64,000 bases of DNA from an uncultured bacterium (GTDB lineage Bacteria > Zixibacteria > MSB-5A5 > GN15 > FEB-12), in the NCBI GenBank assembly GCA_965372795.1, contig CBDVDR010000009.1:32001-96000 (forward strand), given 5' to 3'. The notes beneath the pieces are model-generated. The model worked only from the letters and a program-made list of their open reading frames with translations, searched no databases and was not told the DNA's origin. A program made the position numbers and the translations under genes. Numbering within the stretch: position 1 is the stretch's first letter; every line of letters starts with the position of its first letter. Below are positions 38,610 through 48,962 of this stretch, piece after piece.

Positions 38610-39293
38610 TTAGTCCTGCCATACGAATTTAAAGAGCAAAACTGACATAACCGTCATGACAACTGAAAATGCTATCAAAAACTGGAATTCAGTCATTACT
38701 TCTGTAAATGGTTGATTATTAAGAGCTTTCTCGGTCCCTTTAACAAGCACCATCAGTAAAGGCAATAGGATTGGAAATGACAAAACAGCAAACAAAGCCC
38801 CTTTAACTGATGCTCTGGCTATAATAGCAGCCACAAGGGTCGTAGCGGAACAAAGGCAAAAGACCCCAAGCAGTAATACAACAATAAATACCGGAAGGTT
38901 GTTTGTCGGGGCATCGGTAAAGACAAAAAACATAGGAGTAATTATAAGTGACATTATACTTAATAGAGTCAGATTAAAAAACAGCTTCCCCAGATAAATC
39001 GGATCAGGATCAGCATTCAATTTTAACGCCAAAGCTGTCCCGGTCTCTTCTTCTCTTATAAAAACCTGGGCTAAGCCTGACATGGCTGAAAAAAACATGA
39101 TAACCCAAAACAGAGCTGATTGTATTTTTGGTGACAGGCTCGCTTGTCCTAATGAAAAAGATACTACCGAAAGAGTCGTAATTCCAAACATCATGATTGC
39201 GTTCAAAGCATACTTTGTCCGCAGTTCCAGCCGCATATCTTTGGCGAATACGGCAAAAGTTTTACCGATTAACCCAGAGCTGCTTTTGCGCAA
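38610..39293 (-). CDS. ccmB: Heme exporter CcmB
   Basis: KDMRLELR, IYLGK, LSFPILLP; TTG start after GAGGAG. Confidence 0.9.
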   Translation of the reverse strand: MRKSSSGLIGKTFAVFAKDMRLELRTKYALNAIMMFGITTLSVVSFSLGQASLSPKIQSALFWVIMFFSAMSGLAQVFIREEETGTALALKLNADPDPIYLGKLFFNLTLLSIMSLIITPMFFVFTDAPTNNLPVFIVVLLLGVFCLCSATTLVAAIIARASVKGALFAVLSFPILLPLLMVLVKGTEKALNNQPFTEVMTEFQFLIAFSVVMTVMSVLLFKFVWQD

Positions 39294-39879
39294 GACTGTA
39301 CTCCTCTTTTTCGTTAGTAGCAACAATTACGATACTTTTCTTACGGAATTCTTCCACAATATCAAAAACAATCTTCTTGCCATCTTCATCAAGGTTCGAA
39401 GTTGGTTCATCTAAAAATAAAAATGCCGGATTTTTGACTATCGCTACAGCGTATTTTAGTCTTTGTTTCATTCCTGAAGAATACGTGCCGACTAAATCCA
39501 TGCCCCTGCCTGACAAACCGACCTTTTCAAGAAGGCTTTCAATTTCTTTGCCGGTGACATTATTACCCGCAACCGTAGTGAAAAATTTTAAATTCTCTTC
39601 AGCAGAGAGCTGGTCATAAAGATTTAAATAAGGTGAAACAAGAGAAATACCGGCTCGAACCTGATCGTCATCCATCAGTTTATCATCATTATAATAAGAC
39701 ACTTTACCTTTGGTTGCGGTAAAAGTTCCCATCATGACTTGTAACAAGGTTGATTTACCCGAACCGTTTGGTCCAACCACTGCCATTGATTCACCGGTAG
39801 ACAGATTAAATTCAAGGTTTTTAAAAACCTTAATTCCGCCAAAACGCTTTGATAATTTCTCTGCCTTAATATGAAACAT
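39262..39879 (-). CDS. ccmA: Heme ABC exporter ATPase CcmA
   Basis: GPNGSGKST, YSSGMKQR, LDEP; ccm context. Confidence 0.88.
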   Translation of the reverse strand: MFHIKAEKLSKRFGGIKVFKNLEFNLSTGESMAVVGPNGSGKSTLLQVMMGTFTATKGKVSYYNDDKLMDDDQVRAGISLVSPYLNLYDQLSAEENLKFFTTVAGNNVTGKEIESLLEKVGLSGRGMDLVGTYSSGMKQRLKYAVAIVKNPAFLFLDEPTSNLDEDGKKIVFDIVEEFRKKSIVIVATNEKEEYSLAQKQLWVNR

Positions 39880-39917
39880 ATCGGGGAATAAAGGGTATTT
39901 AGCTGAAAAATCAAAAT

Positions 39918-39945
39918 AAAAAAAGCGGTCTAATGACCGCTTTTT
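39918..39945. terminator. Intrinsic terminator
   Basis: aaaaaagcggtc-taat-gaccgcttttt. Confidence 0.75.
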
Positions 39946-39965
39946 AAACTAAATATCTCTTTAAT

Positions 39966-40682
39966 CTAACTTTCGTCCTTAACCTTATATAATCTGCGAA
40001 CAGGTAATGTAAATCTGGTACGTGCTTCATCCTGAAACTCTATTGTAAATGAATTCTGAAATTCCTTTTTTATAGAATCTTCTTTCACAATCACTGTCCC
40101 AACTGCCGTATCCCCCGCTTTTACAATAGAAGGAAGTTCAATATCGTAGAATCGTCCCGGTTCGGCAACAACACTCATTTTAATATCCTGATCACTTTTA
40201 TTTATAATCTCAAACTTTGATTTCCGTCTGACTTTCGCCTTAAACTGAGAAACATCAATTCTTAATGGATTTATAATAATCGGTCGGGATGCAAAGGGGT
40301 CCGGTAACGGTTCAGTTAATATTTTCAAATAAGTTTTTTTGTCATTTACGTTTGATTCAAAAGATGGCTTTTTAATAACATGCCCTCGGTATTTTCTTGT
40401 ATCAAAATAAATTTTCAACAAAACACTATCGCCGGGAACTACAATTGTATCCTGAATTGGTGCCCGGGTACATCCACAGCCGGGGTCGATATTCCTTAAA
40501 ATAAGAGTCTCATCACCAGTTGATTTAATCCAAAATTCATGTTCTACCGTTACACTCTGGCTGACTTTGCCAAAGTTAAAATAAGTTTCTGATAGTTCAA
40601 AAGATGCTCCGGCATTGGTAACCGAAAAACAGCTGAATACAAAGACTATCAAGGCTGTACTAAATAATATTTTCTTAATCAT
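39966..40682 (-). CDS. DUF1573-like exported Ig-fold protein
   Basis: FNFGKV..HEF..GDETL..PGCGCT motif; signal peptide. Confidence 0.8.
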   Translation of the reverse strand: MIKKILFSTALIVFVFSCFSVTNAGASFELSETYFNFGKVSQSVTVEHEFWIKSTGDETLILRNIDPGCGCTRAPIQDTIVVPGDSVLLKIYFDTRKYRGHVIKKPSFESNVNDKKTYLKILTEPLPDPFASRPIIINPLRIDVSQFKAKVRRKSKFEIINKSDQDIKMSVVAEPGRFYDIELPSIVKAGDTAVGTVIVKEDSIKKEFQNSFTIEFQDEARTRFTLPVRRLYKVKDES

Positions 40683-40699
40683 AGTTTTATAATCGGAAA

Positions 40700-41410
40700 T
40701 TATGATATTGGGTTTAGCAGTCTGGACCAGCGAACTTTATCAAAAAAGTGAATTGCATTAAAGATAAAGACTCGCGGCACTGACAACGGATCGGTGGCTG
40801 ATATTTCAGGCGCCGGATGAATAGTATCGTCCCATGACCAATGAATTAACATCGCTTCACCTAAAATATAATCTTCCGGAACCGGACCCCAAAATCTTGA
40901 GTCGAATGAGTTATCGCGGTTATCACCCATCATAAAATAAGAATTTCTGGGCACAATGTAAGGACCGTAATTATCACGGGGCGGACGCGGATGAATCACC
41001 GGATTTCCATCTTTATTGAGATCAATGAATTTACCATGTTCCGGCAATTCAAATTCTTTATTATTAACATAAAGTACTTTATCAATCACCTGAACCGTGT
41101 CTCCGGCCGTAGCAATACATCGTTTGATATATTTTGTAACTCCATCCCTTGGGAAAATAAAAATTACTATATCCCCTGCTTCCGGTTCTCTAAAAGAAGG
41201 CAGTTTCCAATCAACAAGCGGTACGTGGGCACCATAGATAAACTTGTTGGCGAGTAAAAAATCACCAACTAAAAGAGTATCTTCCATTGAAGAAGATGGA
41301 ATTTTGTAGGCTTCAACAATTGATGTTTTAATAATTACAGCCAGGATAACCGCCGCAAAAATTTGTTTAAAATTATCCCAGGCAGAAGCGCTTAAATTAG
41401 ATTTTGCCAT
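40700..41410 (-). CDS. lepB: Signal peptidase I
   Basis: IPSSSMEDTL, YIKRC, GDNRDNSFDSRFWG. Confidence 0.95.
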   Translation of the reverse strand: MAKSNLSASAWDNFKQIFAAVILAVIIKTSIVEAYKIPSSSMEDTLLVGDFLLANKFIYGAHVPLVDWKLPSFREPEAGDIVIFIFPRDGVTKYIKRCIATAGDTVQVIDKVLYVNNKEFELPEHGKFIDLNKDGNPVIHPRPPRDNYGPYIVPRNSYFMMGDNRDNSFDSRFWGPVPEDYILGEAMLIHWSWDDTIHPAPEISATDPLSVPRVFIFNAIHFFDKVRWSRLLNPIS

Positions 41411-41491
41411 AAAGAACTATTCCTAAATATTCCCAGTTTTTATTTTCATTTTTTTATACGACTTTATAAATAAGAAGTTCAAGTTAAATCA

Positions 41492-42559
41492 TCAGACACC
41501 TTTAAACAACCTCATTATATCGTTATAAGTCACGAAAATAATCAGAGTCAAAAGTAGAACCATGCCCACCTGTTGAGCTATGATCCTCGCCTTCATTGAT
41601 AACGGACTCCCTTTAACCGCCTCGATAGCCAAGAACACAAGATGTCCGCCGTCAAGAACCGGAATCGGCAGTACATTTAAAACGGCTAAATTGACCGAGA
41701 GTAAAGCCATGAAAAAGAATAGCGATTTGGCTCCCTTTTCAGCCTCTTTGCCTGATTGCTTGGCAATAAATAAAGGACCTCCGATCATATCAGCAGAGAT
41801 ATTTCCCGAGACAAGATTTACAACAAATCTGAGGGTTTCATATACAATTACATGAGCGGAAACAAATCCTTTATTAACAGCCTCAATAACACCATATCGT
41901 TCATAATCTATTACTTTTTCATAAAACCCTATTATTCCGATGGAATCGATTGACCCGTCCGGTAATGGCATCGGTGTTATTCTGGTTGTTATATCTGACC
42001 GAATGGTATCTGTACCTCTGACCCAGGTTAGAGCAAGTGATTCCTCAAGTTTCGCATTTATTCTCACGCGGAGAGAATCATAATCAGTAATTGATTCACC
42101 ATCAATTCCAATAATCACATCATCAGCCTGTAACCCAGCCGCAGAAGCGGGATAATCATCAGTCACCTGACCGACAATAATTTTTTCATTATCAAAAATC
42201 GGTCTTCCGCCGAATAAAGCAATTCCGATTAGCAAAACAATCGCCAGTACATAATTCATAAACGGACCGGCAAAAATAACTGCGGCTCTTTGAAGCACAG
42301 TTTTTGACATAAATTCATTATCAGCGCCGGTTGTCTCTTCATCAGGATTTTCGCCAATCATTTTCACATATCCGCCCAGCGGGATTAGTCCGATGCAATA
42401 AGTGGTTTCACCATACTTTTTAGAGATTAAGTTTGGAGGGAATCCAAGGGAAAATTTTTCAACTTTTATACCTACTTTTTTAGCGACTAAAAAATGTCCC
42501 AATTCATGGATAAAAATTAATATTCCAAGTACAAAAATAAATGAAACGGCTGTCAACAT
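41492..42559 (-). CDS. rseP: RIP metalloprotease RseP
   Basis: HELGH, PLGGYV, PDZ domain, NVLPIPVLDGG. Confidence 0.95.
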   Translation of the reverse strand: MLTAVSFIFVLGILIFIHELGHFLVAKKVGIKVEKFSLGFPPNLISKKYGETTYCIGLIPLGGYVKMIGENPDEETTGADNEFMSKTVLQRAAVIFAGPFMNYVLAIVLLIGIALFGGRPIFDNEKIIVGQVTDDYPASAAGLQADDVIIGIDGESITDYDSLRVRINAKLEESLALTWVRGTDTIRSDITTRITPMPLPDGSIDSIGIIGFYEKVIDYERYGVIEAVNKGFVSAHVIVYETLRFVVNLVSGNISADMIGGPLFIAKQSGKEAEKGAKSLFFFMALLSVNLAVLNVLPIPVLDGGHLVFLAIEAVKGSPLSMKARIIAQQVGMVLLLTLIIFVTYNDIMRLFKGV

Positions 42560-43719
42560 ACTAAGTTTCCAATCTTTTCTTGTGCAAATTTTCTGGCAGC
42601 TTTGTCAGCTTCCAAAACATCAGTTAGATTCGGTTTATCGGTGATATCAATATTCTCAACTGTATCTCTAATAAGATCAGCAATATTCGTAAATGAAATT
42701 TCCTTATTCAAAAATGCGCTCACTGCAATTTCATTAGAGGCATTAAAAACAGCCGGGGCTGTGCCACCGGTTTTGGCAACCTCAAAAGCAATTTTTAAAG
42801 CAGGAAATTTTTCAAAATCAGGTTCTTCAAAAGTCATTTTACCAAGTTTCGCAAGATTAAGCGCTCCAAATTCTGACTCCACCCGTTCCGGCCAGAACAA
42901 AGCATAAGAGATAGGCAGTCTCATATCAGGAGCAGACAGTTGAGCTATCATCGAAGAATCAATAAACTCTACTAAAGAATGAATGATCGATTGAGGATGG
43001 ACAACGACCTGAACCTGCTCTATTGGAATCTGGAATAAATTAACCGCCTCGATTACTTCAAGCCCTTTGTTGGCCAGGGTTGCTGAATCAATTGTAATTT
43101 TGGCACCCATCTCCCAGGTCGGATGTTTTAAGGCCTGTTCCGGAGTGACATTGGCAAGATCTTCAAGTGACATTTCGCGAAACGGACCGCCTGATGCGGT
43201 TATAATAATATTTTTAACTTCTTCCGCTTTACCGGAATTTAAAGCCTGCCAGATAGCGGAATGTTCGGAATCTATCGGAAGGATTTTCTTTTTGTATTTC
43301 TTAATCAATTCAGGAAACAGCGGTCCTCCGGCTACCAAAGATTCTTTGTTAGCCAGTCCCAAATCTTTGCTATTTTTGATAGTTTCAATTGAGGCTTTCA
43401 ATCCGGCCGCACCGACAATGGCATTAATCACCAATTCTGTTTTTGGAAGTCTGGTCAAATCGAGCAGTTCATCTTCGCCGATTAGAATTTTAACTTTTTC
43501 ATCTTTCAACCTTTGTGAAAGAACTCTCCCCTTCTCTTCATCAATAACCCCCAGATATTCCGGGCGGTATTTACGGAATTGTTGCTCAAGTAAATCAATT
43601 CGTGAGTTACATGCCAGAGCATTTATTATGAATGAGTCTGGATGGCGGTCAACAACTTCAAGGGTTGAACAGCCGATTGATCCGGTAGAGCCAAGTATGA
43701 CTATATTCTTTGTTATCAT
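42553..43719 (-). CDS. dxr: 1-deoxy-D-xylulose 5-phosphate reductoisomerase
   Basis: LGSTGSIG, LANKESLV, PIDSEHSA, HPTWEMGAKITIDSAT. Confidence 0.97.
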   Translation of the reverse strand: MITKNIVILGSTGSIGCSTLEVVDRHPDSFIINALACNSRIDLLEQQFRKYRPEYLGVIDEEKGRVLSQRLKDEKVKILIGEDELLDLTRLPKTELVINAIVGAAGLKASIETIKNSKDLGLANKESLVAGGPLFPELIKKYKKKILPIDSEHSAIWQALNSGKAEEVKNIIITASGGPFREMSLEDLANVTPEQALKHPTWEMGAKITIDSATLANKGLEVIEAVNLFQIPIEQVQVVVHPQSIIHSLVEFIDSSMIAQLSAPDMRLPISYALFWPERVESEFGALNLAKLGKMTFEEPDFEKFPALKIAFEVAKTGGTAPAVFNASNEIAVSAFLNKEISFTNIADLIRDTVENIDITDKPNLTDVLEADKAARKFAQEKIGNLVC

Positions 43720-43768
43720 ATCATTTTATAAACGAGTATATTTTGTCGGAGTTCCACTAAAACTTAAT

Positions 43769-43800
43769 AAAAAAAACAGGCGGGTTAAAAACCCGCCTGA
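43769..43800 (-). terminator. Intrinsic terminator after the PPIase gene
   Basis: caggcgggtt-aaa-aacccgcctg with an upstream A-tract (U-tract on the minus strand). Confidence 0.75.
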
Positions 43801-43823
43801 TTATTATTTTATGAAAATATCCT

Positions 43824-44528
43824 TTATAGTCGGTTACCCTCAGCATCAGATTGATAAGCTTCTCTAAGGTAAACATCATCAACAGGTTTGGAAGGTTCGC
43901 CTTGAGCAGTTTTGGTGACCTCTACAGTTGCTAACTTATGAAGCACTTCATAACCCTTAATCAATTGACCAAAAACTGTATATTTACCATCAAGCGACTG
44001 GGTACTGCGATTTCTTTCAATACAGAGAAAAAACTGACTGGATGCAGAATTCGGGCTTGAAGATCGAGCCATTGACAAGGTACCTTCCTGATGAGGCAAA
44101 TCTGAAAATTCAGCATTCAGATAATAACCGGCATTACCCATTCCGGTTCCGGTTGGGTCGCCACCCTGAATCATAAAACGATTTATAATCCGGTGAAATA
44201 TTGTACCCTTATAAAAATCATCCATCGAACGCGCCAAAAATGAATCAGCATGAGCCGGGGCAACATCATGATAAAGCTCAAGGGTCAAATTACCAAAATC
44301 AGTAACTATGGTTACAAATTTGTTGTTTTCATTCCTTACCGGATATACAACCTGAGCCAGACTGTCAAAATTCAGTCCACCGGGCTGAGCAGGAGTTTGA
44401 GCTTGCTGAGCTGTTTCTTTCTTTTTATTCTCATCCACTTTTTTTGTATCCTCATCAGAACTCGAGCATGATACGAATGCAAAAGCTACTAACATAAATG
44501 CCAAAGTTACTATTAATTGTTTTTTCAT
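43824..44528 (-). CDS. Cyclophilin-type peptidyl-prolyl isomerase lipoprotein
   Basis: Lipobox FVSC; FHRII..FMIQGGDPTGTG, LSMAR, SQFF, YTVFG. Confidence 0.93.
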   Translation of the reverse strand: MKKQLIVTLAFMLVAFAFVSCSSSDEDTKKVDENKKKETAQQAQTPAQPGGLNFDSLAQVVYPVRNENNKFVTIVTDFGNLTLELYHDVAPAHADSFLARSMDDFYKGTIFHRIINRFMIQGGDPTGTGMGNAGYYLNAEFSDLPHQEGTLSMARSSSPNSASSQFFLCIERNRSTQSLDGKYTVFGQLIKGYEVLHKLATVEVTKTAQGEPSKPVDDVYLREAYQSDAEGNRL

Positions 44529-44609
44529 CAAATTTCCCTTCTTTTCTATTTATTCAAGAGAGGCAAATATATAAAATTTAGCCTTTTCATCAAGCTTTAC
44601 TTTTAAATG

Positions 44610-45809
44610 TTACCTGATCCCTTTTAAGTAAGCTTTTGTTGCCTCCCTAATTTCAGCATTTAGTTTCCCGGCTGTTTCAGGGGTAGCCAACCCGAATTTT
44701 TCAAAAAGATCAACTTGATAGACTGTTGTGTCCTGAGGATGGCACCAAAAAACAACCTCCGATTCATCATCCATAATATAAGTAATAATAACAGCCGGCA
44801 AAGTTGGGTCGCTGGTATCCAAATAAATTGAATCACATTCTCCAAATTGTAAATCAATAACAATATCATCTCTATAAGAAGACCCGATACCGATACCGCT
44901 TAACATTGTCCCTTCATAGCGTTTATTCATGGAATTATCAGGCTGTAGATATAATGAATCAACTACGATAACACCATGTACAGATGTTGTATCTTCAGCA
45001 ATTCCGGTAATACCATAATCATACAGCAAAACAACCACTCCAAGTTCAGCTTCATAGTTGGCAAATGTTACCACCAAATTTTGAGCAACATAAGTATCCA
45101 AAGATGCCGGTTCACCATTGAAATTTTTCACATCCTGATATCGGTCATTAAAAAGAACAAATTGTGCCTGACCGGAATTTTTCGGTTTGAGCATATCAGC
45201 CCGGATATAGACATCAGTTGAATCAAAACCAGAAAATCTGGCTCTGATCACTGCGTAACCAAGTTCACCGTCGAAATTATATTCGGCAGTAACTTTTCCG
45301 TTGGAATCGGTACGGATGGAATCGGTTGACAAAGTTCCATCACCCTCTAAAATTGTAAAGAAAATATCAGCATCGCTTATATTTGACTGTGACACATCAG
45401 TGAGGGTAAATTCAAGCGGATTATCCAAAGAACTGCTTAACATCGTTCCTTTGTAAAAAATCCCATTGGTAGGCGACAACAAAAACGAAGTGGCAACCTC
45501 GACTGTTACAAAAGCAGTATCACGACCAGCATTGTTAAATGCAATCAATCGGTAGTCGGTTGTTTCAGTTGGAGCCACAGAAGTTTGTCTTACCGTTGTA
45601 AAACTCCCCCCTGCCGGAGATACCACCACCGAATCAGCTTCCGATACGGTCCAGGAAAGGGTCGCTGAACTGTTAAGTATAATTTTTAAAGGATTCGCTG
45701 TGAAGGCTGAGATCGTTGGCGGATTCTGCACTGATTCAGTCGGGTTGTCATCAGAACAAGCCCAAATTAGCAGACTCAAAATTAGAATACAAAAAATAAT
45801 TTTTTTCAT
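44610..45809 (-). CDS. Lipoprotein with Ig-like domains
   Basis: Lipobox IWAC; PPTISAFTANP..LSW; TDSNG Big-like motif. Confidence 0.75.
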   Translation of the reverse strand: MKKIIFCILILSLLIWACSDDNPTESVQNPPTISAFTANPLKIILNSSATLSWTVSEADSVVVSPAGGSFTTVRQTSVAPTETTDYRLIAFNNAGRDTAFVTVEVATSFLLSPTNGIFYKGTMLSSSLDNPLEFTLTDVSQSNISDADIFFTILEGDGTLSTDSIRTDSNGKVTAEYNFDGELGYAVIRARFSGFDSTDVYIRADMLKPKNSGQAQFVLFNDRYQDVKNFNGEPASLDTYVAQNLVVTFANYEAELGVVVLLYDYGITGIAEDTTSVHGVIVVDSLYLQPDNSMNKRYEGTMLSGIGIGSSYRDDIVIDLQFGECDSIYLDTSDPTLPAVIITYIMDDESEVVFWCHPQDTTVYQVDLFEKFGLATPETAGKLNAEIREATKAYLKGIR

Positions 45810-45830
45810 GAATTTATATACACCTATTAA

Positions 45831-46526
45831 TTATGGACGGAAATAATATTTAAGACCCAAGCCAAGATTCAAATATTTGGGACGATCACCGGTACCCAGG
45901 AAATCATAGCTGTTAACCGAAGACAGAGTGACAAAATTCCTATGGGTCTTTTTCTCCCAGATTTTCACATCAAAACCAAAGTTGATAGCCATCCCCAAAT
46001 TTAGCTTGGTATCCGAATTAAAATTATTAGCGGTTAGTGAGTAAAATCCGGTTTTTAAACCAAGCCCTATAAAAGGCGACCATTTCATATTTGTCATTTT
46101 GTTCATGAAATAGTTCAGATTAAAATCAATGTCATATAAACTTAAATTAAAATCGCCTTGTCCAAGATAAATTATTCCCACTTGAGGGATAATTGTTGAA
46201 TCCTGCAGCCTAACATTTGTATATGCAAATCCGATTGAATATAACAGATGATCATTTCTGATCTGACCATAATTTAAACCGAATTTAAATCCTGATTTAA
46301 AAATTTCATCACCTGCAACCGAAGGGTTGCCGGGATTGCCGTCAAAATAGTCGGACCACTTACTGTTGTGGAAACCGTCATAATTTCCGGTTGGAATCGA
46401 GTATCCGAAATAAAAATCCATCACCGAAAGTCGGGCAGGCACTTTTGTAATTGAGTGAGCCGGACTAATCATAATTGACAGCACGAATAGAACTAATAGG
46501 GCTGATTTAAATAAGTTAGCTTTCAA
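45831..46526 (-). CDS. Putative outer-membrane beta-barrel protein
   Basis: Signal peptide, alternating beta strands, C-terminal LGLKYYF. Confidence 0.7.
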   Translation of the reverse strand: MKANLFKSALLVLFVLSIMISPAHSITKVPARLSVMDFYFGYSIPTGNYDGFHNSKWSDYFDGNPGNPSVAGDEIFKSGFKFGLNYGQIRNDHLLYSIGFAYTNVRLQDSTIIPQVGIIYLGQGDFNLSLYDIDFNLNYFMNKMTNMKWSPFIGLGLKTGFYSLTANNFNSDTKLNLGMAINFGFDVKIWEKKTHRNFVTLSSVNSYDFLGTGDRPKYLNLGLGLKYYFRP

Positions 46527-46720
46527 AATCTTTCTCCTTTTACTGTTTCTGTTAAAATAGATACTTATTTAGTCAAACTCTGTCAAATAGTAACATCACC
46601 CAGAGTACAAATTTATACTAAATAATGAAGTTTATGACCATATTTGGCTCAATTTATGATTATTTTTGGCTGATTGCCGATAATTAGACTTTACATTAAA
46701 AATGCTTGACTGATTTGATT

Positions 46721-46738
46721 TTGTTACTAAATTCACAA
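46721..46738. promoter_or_regulatory. Rex-like operator overlapping the putative -10 of hbd-ackA
   Basis: TTGTTAC-taaa-TTCACAA, downstream of a TTGACT -35 element. Confidence 0.55.
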
Positions 46739-46761
46739 AGCATTGTAAATTAAGAAAGGTA

Positions 46762-47682
46762 ATGATGACGTCTTCAAAAATAATAATAGTTGGCGCCGGA
46801 GTCATGGGACAAGGGCTTGCTGAAGCAGTCGCCTCTTCCGGGACAGAAGTTTTATTAATAGATAAAACTACCAAACTTGCAGAAAAAGGTATCAAAGGAG
46901 TCATTGAATCAATCGACCGCGAGATTGAACGATGGGGATTAACTGAAGCTGATAAAAGAGCAATTCTTGCCCGAATCCACCCTTCGTCCGATCTATCGCT
47001 TGCTGAAGATGCAGAGATTGTCATTGAAGCTATCCCAGAAGTTTTTGAAGCAAAGAAAGATTTATTTATAAAACTTGATACTTTCTGTAATCCTAATACA
47101 CTCTTGATAACAAACTCCGGAACTCTTTCTATCTCGGAAATCGCCGCCACAACTAATCGTCCTGAAAAAATAATCGGCATGCATTTTCTAAATCCGGTAA
47201 CAAAAATCCCGCTGGTTGAAATTGTTAAAGGTCTTAAAACCGACGATGAAACATTCCGAAAAGCTGTCACCTTTGCGGAACTGCTTGATAAAAAATGGAT
47301 CACCGTAAATGAATATCCCGGCTATGTGACAACCCGTATAATTGTCCCTCTTCTTAATGAAGCGATGCATGTCTTAATGGAAGGCGTAGCTTCAGCAGAA
47401 GATATTGACGAAGCGATGAAACTTGGTTTTGGATTTAATGTCGGACCGCTAACCCTGGCTGATATGATGGGTTTGGATGTGGTTATGTCATGGATGGAAA
47501 ATCTCCTTCACGAGCTTTCCGAACATAAATACAACCCCTGTCCCCTGCTTCGAAAAATGGTTCGCGCCGGACATCTTGGCGTCAAATCCGGATTAGGATT
47601 TTTTGAATACGACAACGAGGGCAACAAAGTTGGATTAAATAATCACAAAGAAAATTCTATTCCATCAGGAGTTCCTCAATGA
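46762..47682 (+). CDS. hbd: 3-hydroxybutyryl-CoA (3-hydroxyacyl-CoA) dehydrogenase
   Basis: GAGVMG, IEAIPE, GMHFLNP, PGYVTTR, GPLTLADMMGLD, GHLGVKSGLGFF. Confidence 0.9.
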   Translation: MMTSSKIIIVGAGVMGQGLAEAVASSGTEVLLIDKTTKLAEKGIKGVIESIDREIERWGLTEADKRAILARIHPSSDLSLAEDAEIVIEAIPEVFEAKKDLFIKLDTFCNPNTLLITNSGTLSISEIAATTNRPEKIIGMHFLNPVTKIPLVEIVKGLKTDDETFRKAVTFAELLDKKWITVNEYPGYVTTRIIVPLLNEAMHVLMEGVASAEDIDEAMKLGFGFNVGPLTLADMMGLDVVMSWMENLLHELSEHKYNPCPLLRKMVRAGHLGVKSGLGFFEYDNEGNKVGLNNHKENSIPSGVPQ

Positions 47683-48887
47683 AAATTCTGGTTATCAATT
47701 GCGGGTCTTCATCAGTCAAATACCAGCTAATAGATACTGTTAATGAATTATCCCTCGCCAAAGGAACAGTATCCCGAATAGGGATGTCGGCTTCGGTTCT
47801 CTCGCATAAACCGCATGATCGCGAAGAAGTAAAAGTTTCTGGCGAAATTTTGGATCATATTGTTGCTATTGAATATGTGATTTCGATTTTACTGTCAAAA
47901 AATCATGGTGTGATTGAAGATAAATCGGAAATCAATGCCATCGGTCACCGGGTTGTTCATGGCGGTGAAAAATTTACTGATTCTGTGTTGGTAACTCAGG
48001 ATTTAATGTCTGAAATCCGCAATCTTATCGAACTGGCACCGCTGCACAACCCCCATAATATAAGAGGTATCAACGCCTGTATGAAAACTCTTCCGGGTGT
48101 TCCCCATGTTGCGGTTTTCGATACTGCTTTCCACCATAAGATGCCACCGCACGCTTATATTTATGGCATCCCTTATATTTTATATAAACGATATGGAATC
48201 CGGCGTTATGGTTTTCACGGTACCTCACATAAATATGTAAGCGAACAAGCTTCTAAGATGCTTGGCAAACCACTCGAAGAATTAAAACTGATTACCTGTC
48301 ATCTTGGAAATGGCGCTTCAATCACCGCTATTGATAAAGGCATATCGATTGATACGTCAATGGGATTCACTCCCCTTGAAGGATTGTTAATGGGCACTCG
48401 TTCAGGTGATTTGGATCCGGCAATTATTCTTCATATAATGGCTCGCGAAGAATTGTCTCTCCATGAAGCCAATACTCTTTTAAACAAACATTCAGGACTG
48501 GCTGGAATTTCAGGTTTATCTTCGGATATGAGAGAAGTTGTCGAGGGTGCTAATGATAATAACGCCAATGCAAAACTTGCCCTTGAAATCTTTTGTTATC
48601 GCTTGAAAAAATATATCGCCTCTTATATTGCGGCTATGAATGGTCTTGATGCATTGGTCTTCACAGCCGGGGTTGGTGAAAACTCGCCTGAAGTTCGTTC
48701 ATTAACTTGTAATGAGATGGACTTTTTGGGAATATCGATTGATGATGCTAAGAATAATTCTGCAAAAGCGATTGAGGCTGATATAACTGCTGAAAACGCT
48801 CGGGTTCGCACTCTGGTAATTCCAACTAATGAAGAACTGGTAATTGCCCGTGACACCAAACGCATCGTAGAAGAATCAAATAAATAA
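47679..48887 (+). CDS. ackA: Acetate kinase
   Basis: VINCGSSSVK, GHRVVHGG, APLHN, FDTAFH, YGFHGTSH, TNEE. Confidence 0.97.
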   Translation: MKILVINCGSSSVKYQLIDTVNELSLAKGTVSRIGMSASVLSHKPHDREEVKVSGEILDHIVAIEYVISILLSKNHGVIEDKSEINAIGHRVVHGGEKFTDSVLVTQDLMSEIRNLIELAPLHNPHNIRGINACMKTLPGVPHVAVFDTAFHHKMPPHAYIYGIPYILYKRYGIRRYGFHGTSHKYVSEQASKMLGKPLEELKLITCHLGNGASITAIDKGISIDTSMGFTPLEGLLMGTRSGDLDPAIILHIMAREELSLHEANTLLNKHSGLAGISGLSSDMREVVEGANDNNANAKLALEIFCYRLKKYIASYIAAMNGLDALVFTAGVGENSPEVRSLTCNEMDFLGISIDDAKNNSAKAIEADITAENARVRTLVIPTNEELVIARDTKRIVEESNK

Positions 48888-48905
48888 GTATATCGAATTA
48901 TTATT

Positions 48906-48937
48906 AAGGCAGGTGAATTTATCACCTGCCTTTTTTT
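48906..48937 (+). terminator. Intrinsic terminator after ackA
   Basis: aaggcaggtga-attta-tcacctgcctt followed by a T-tract. Confidence 0.85.
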
Positions 48938-48962
48938 AATTCTTATTAAACGGCTTTTTAAA

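Noticed and set aside
43067..43867. 266-aa + strand ORF
   Set aside because: Antisense shadow of dxr
46632..47303. 223-aa minus-strand ORF
   Set aside because: Antisense shadow of hbd
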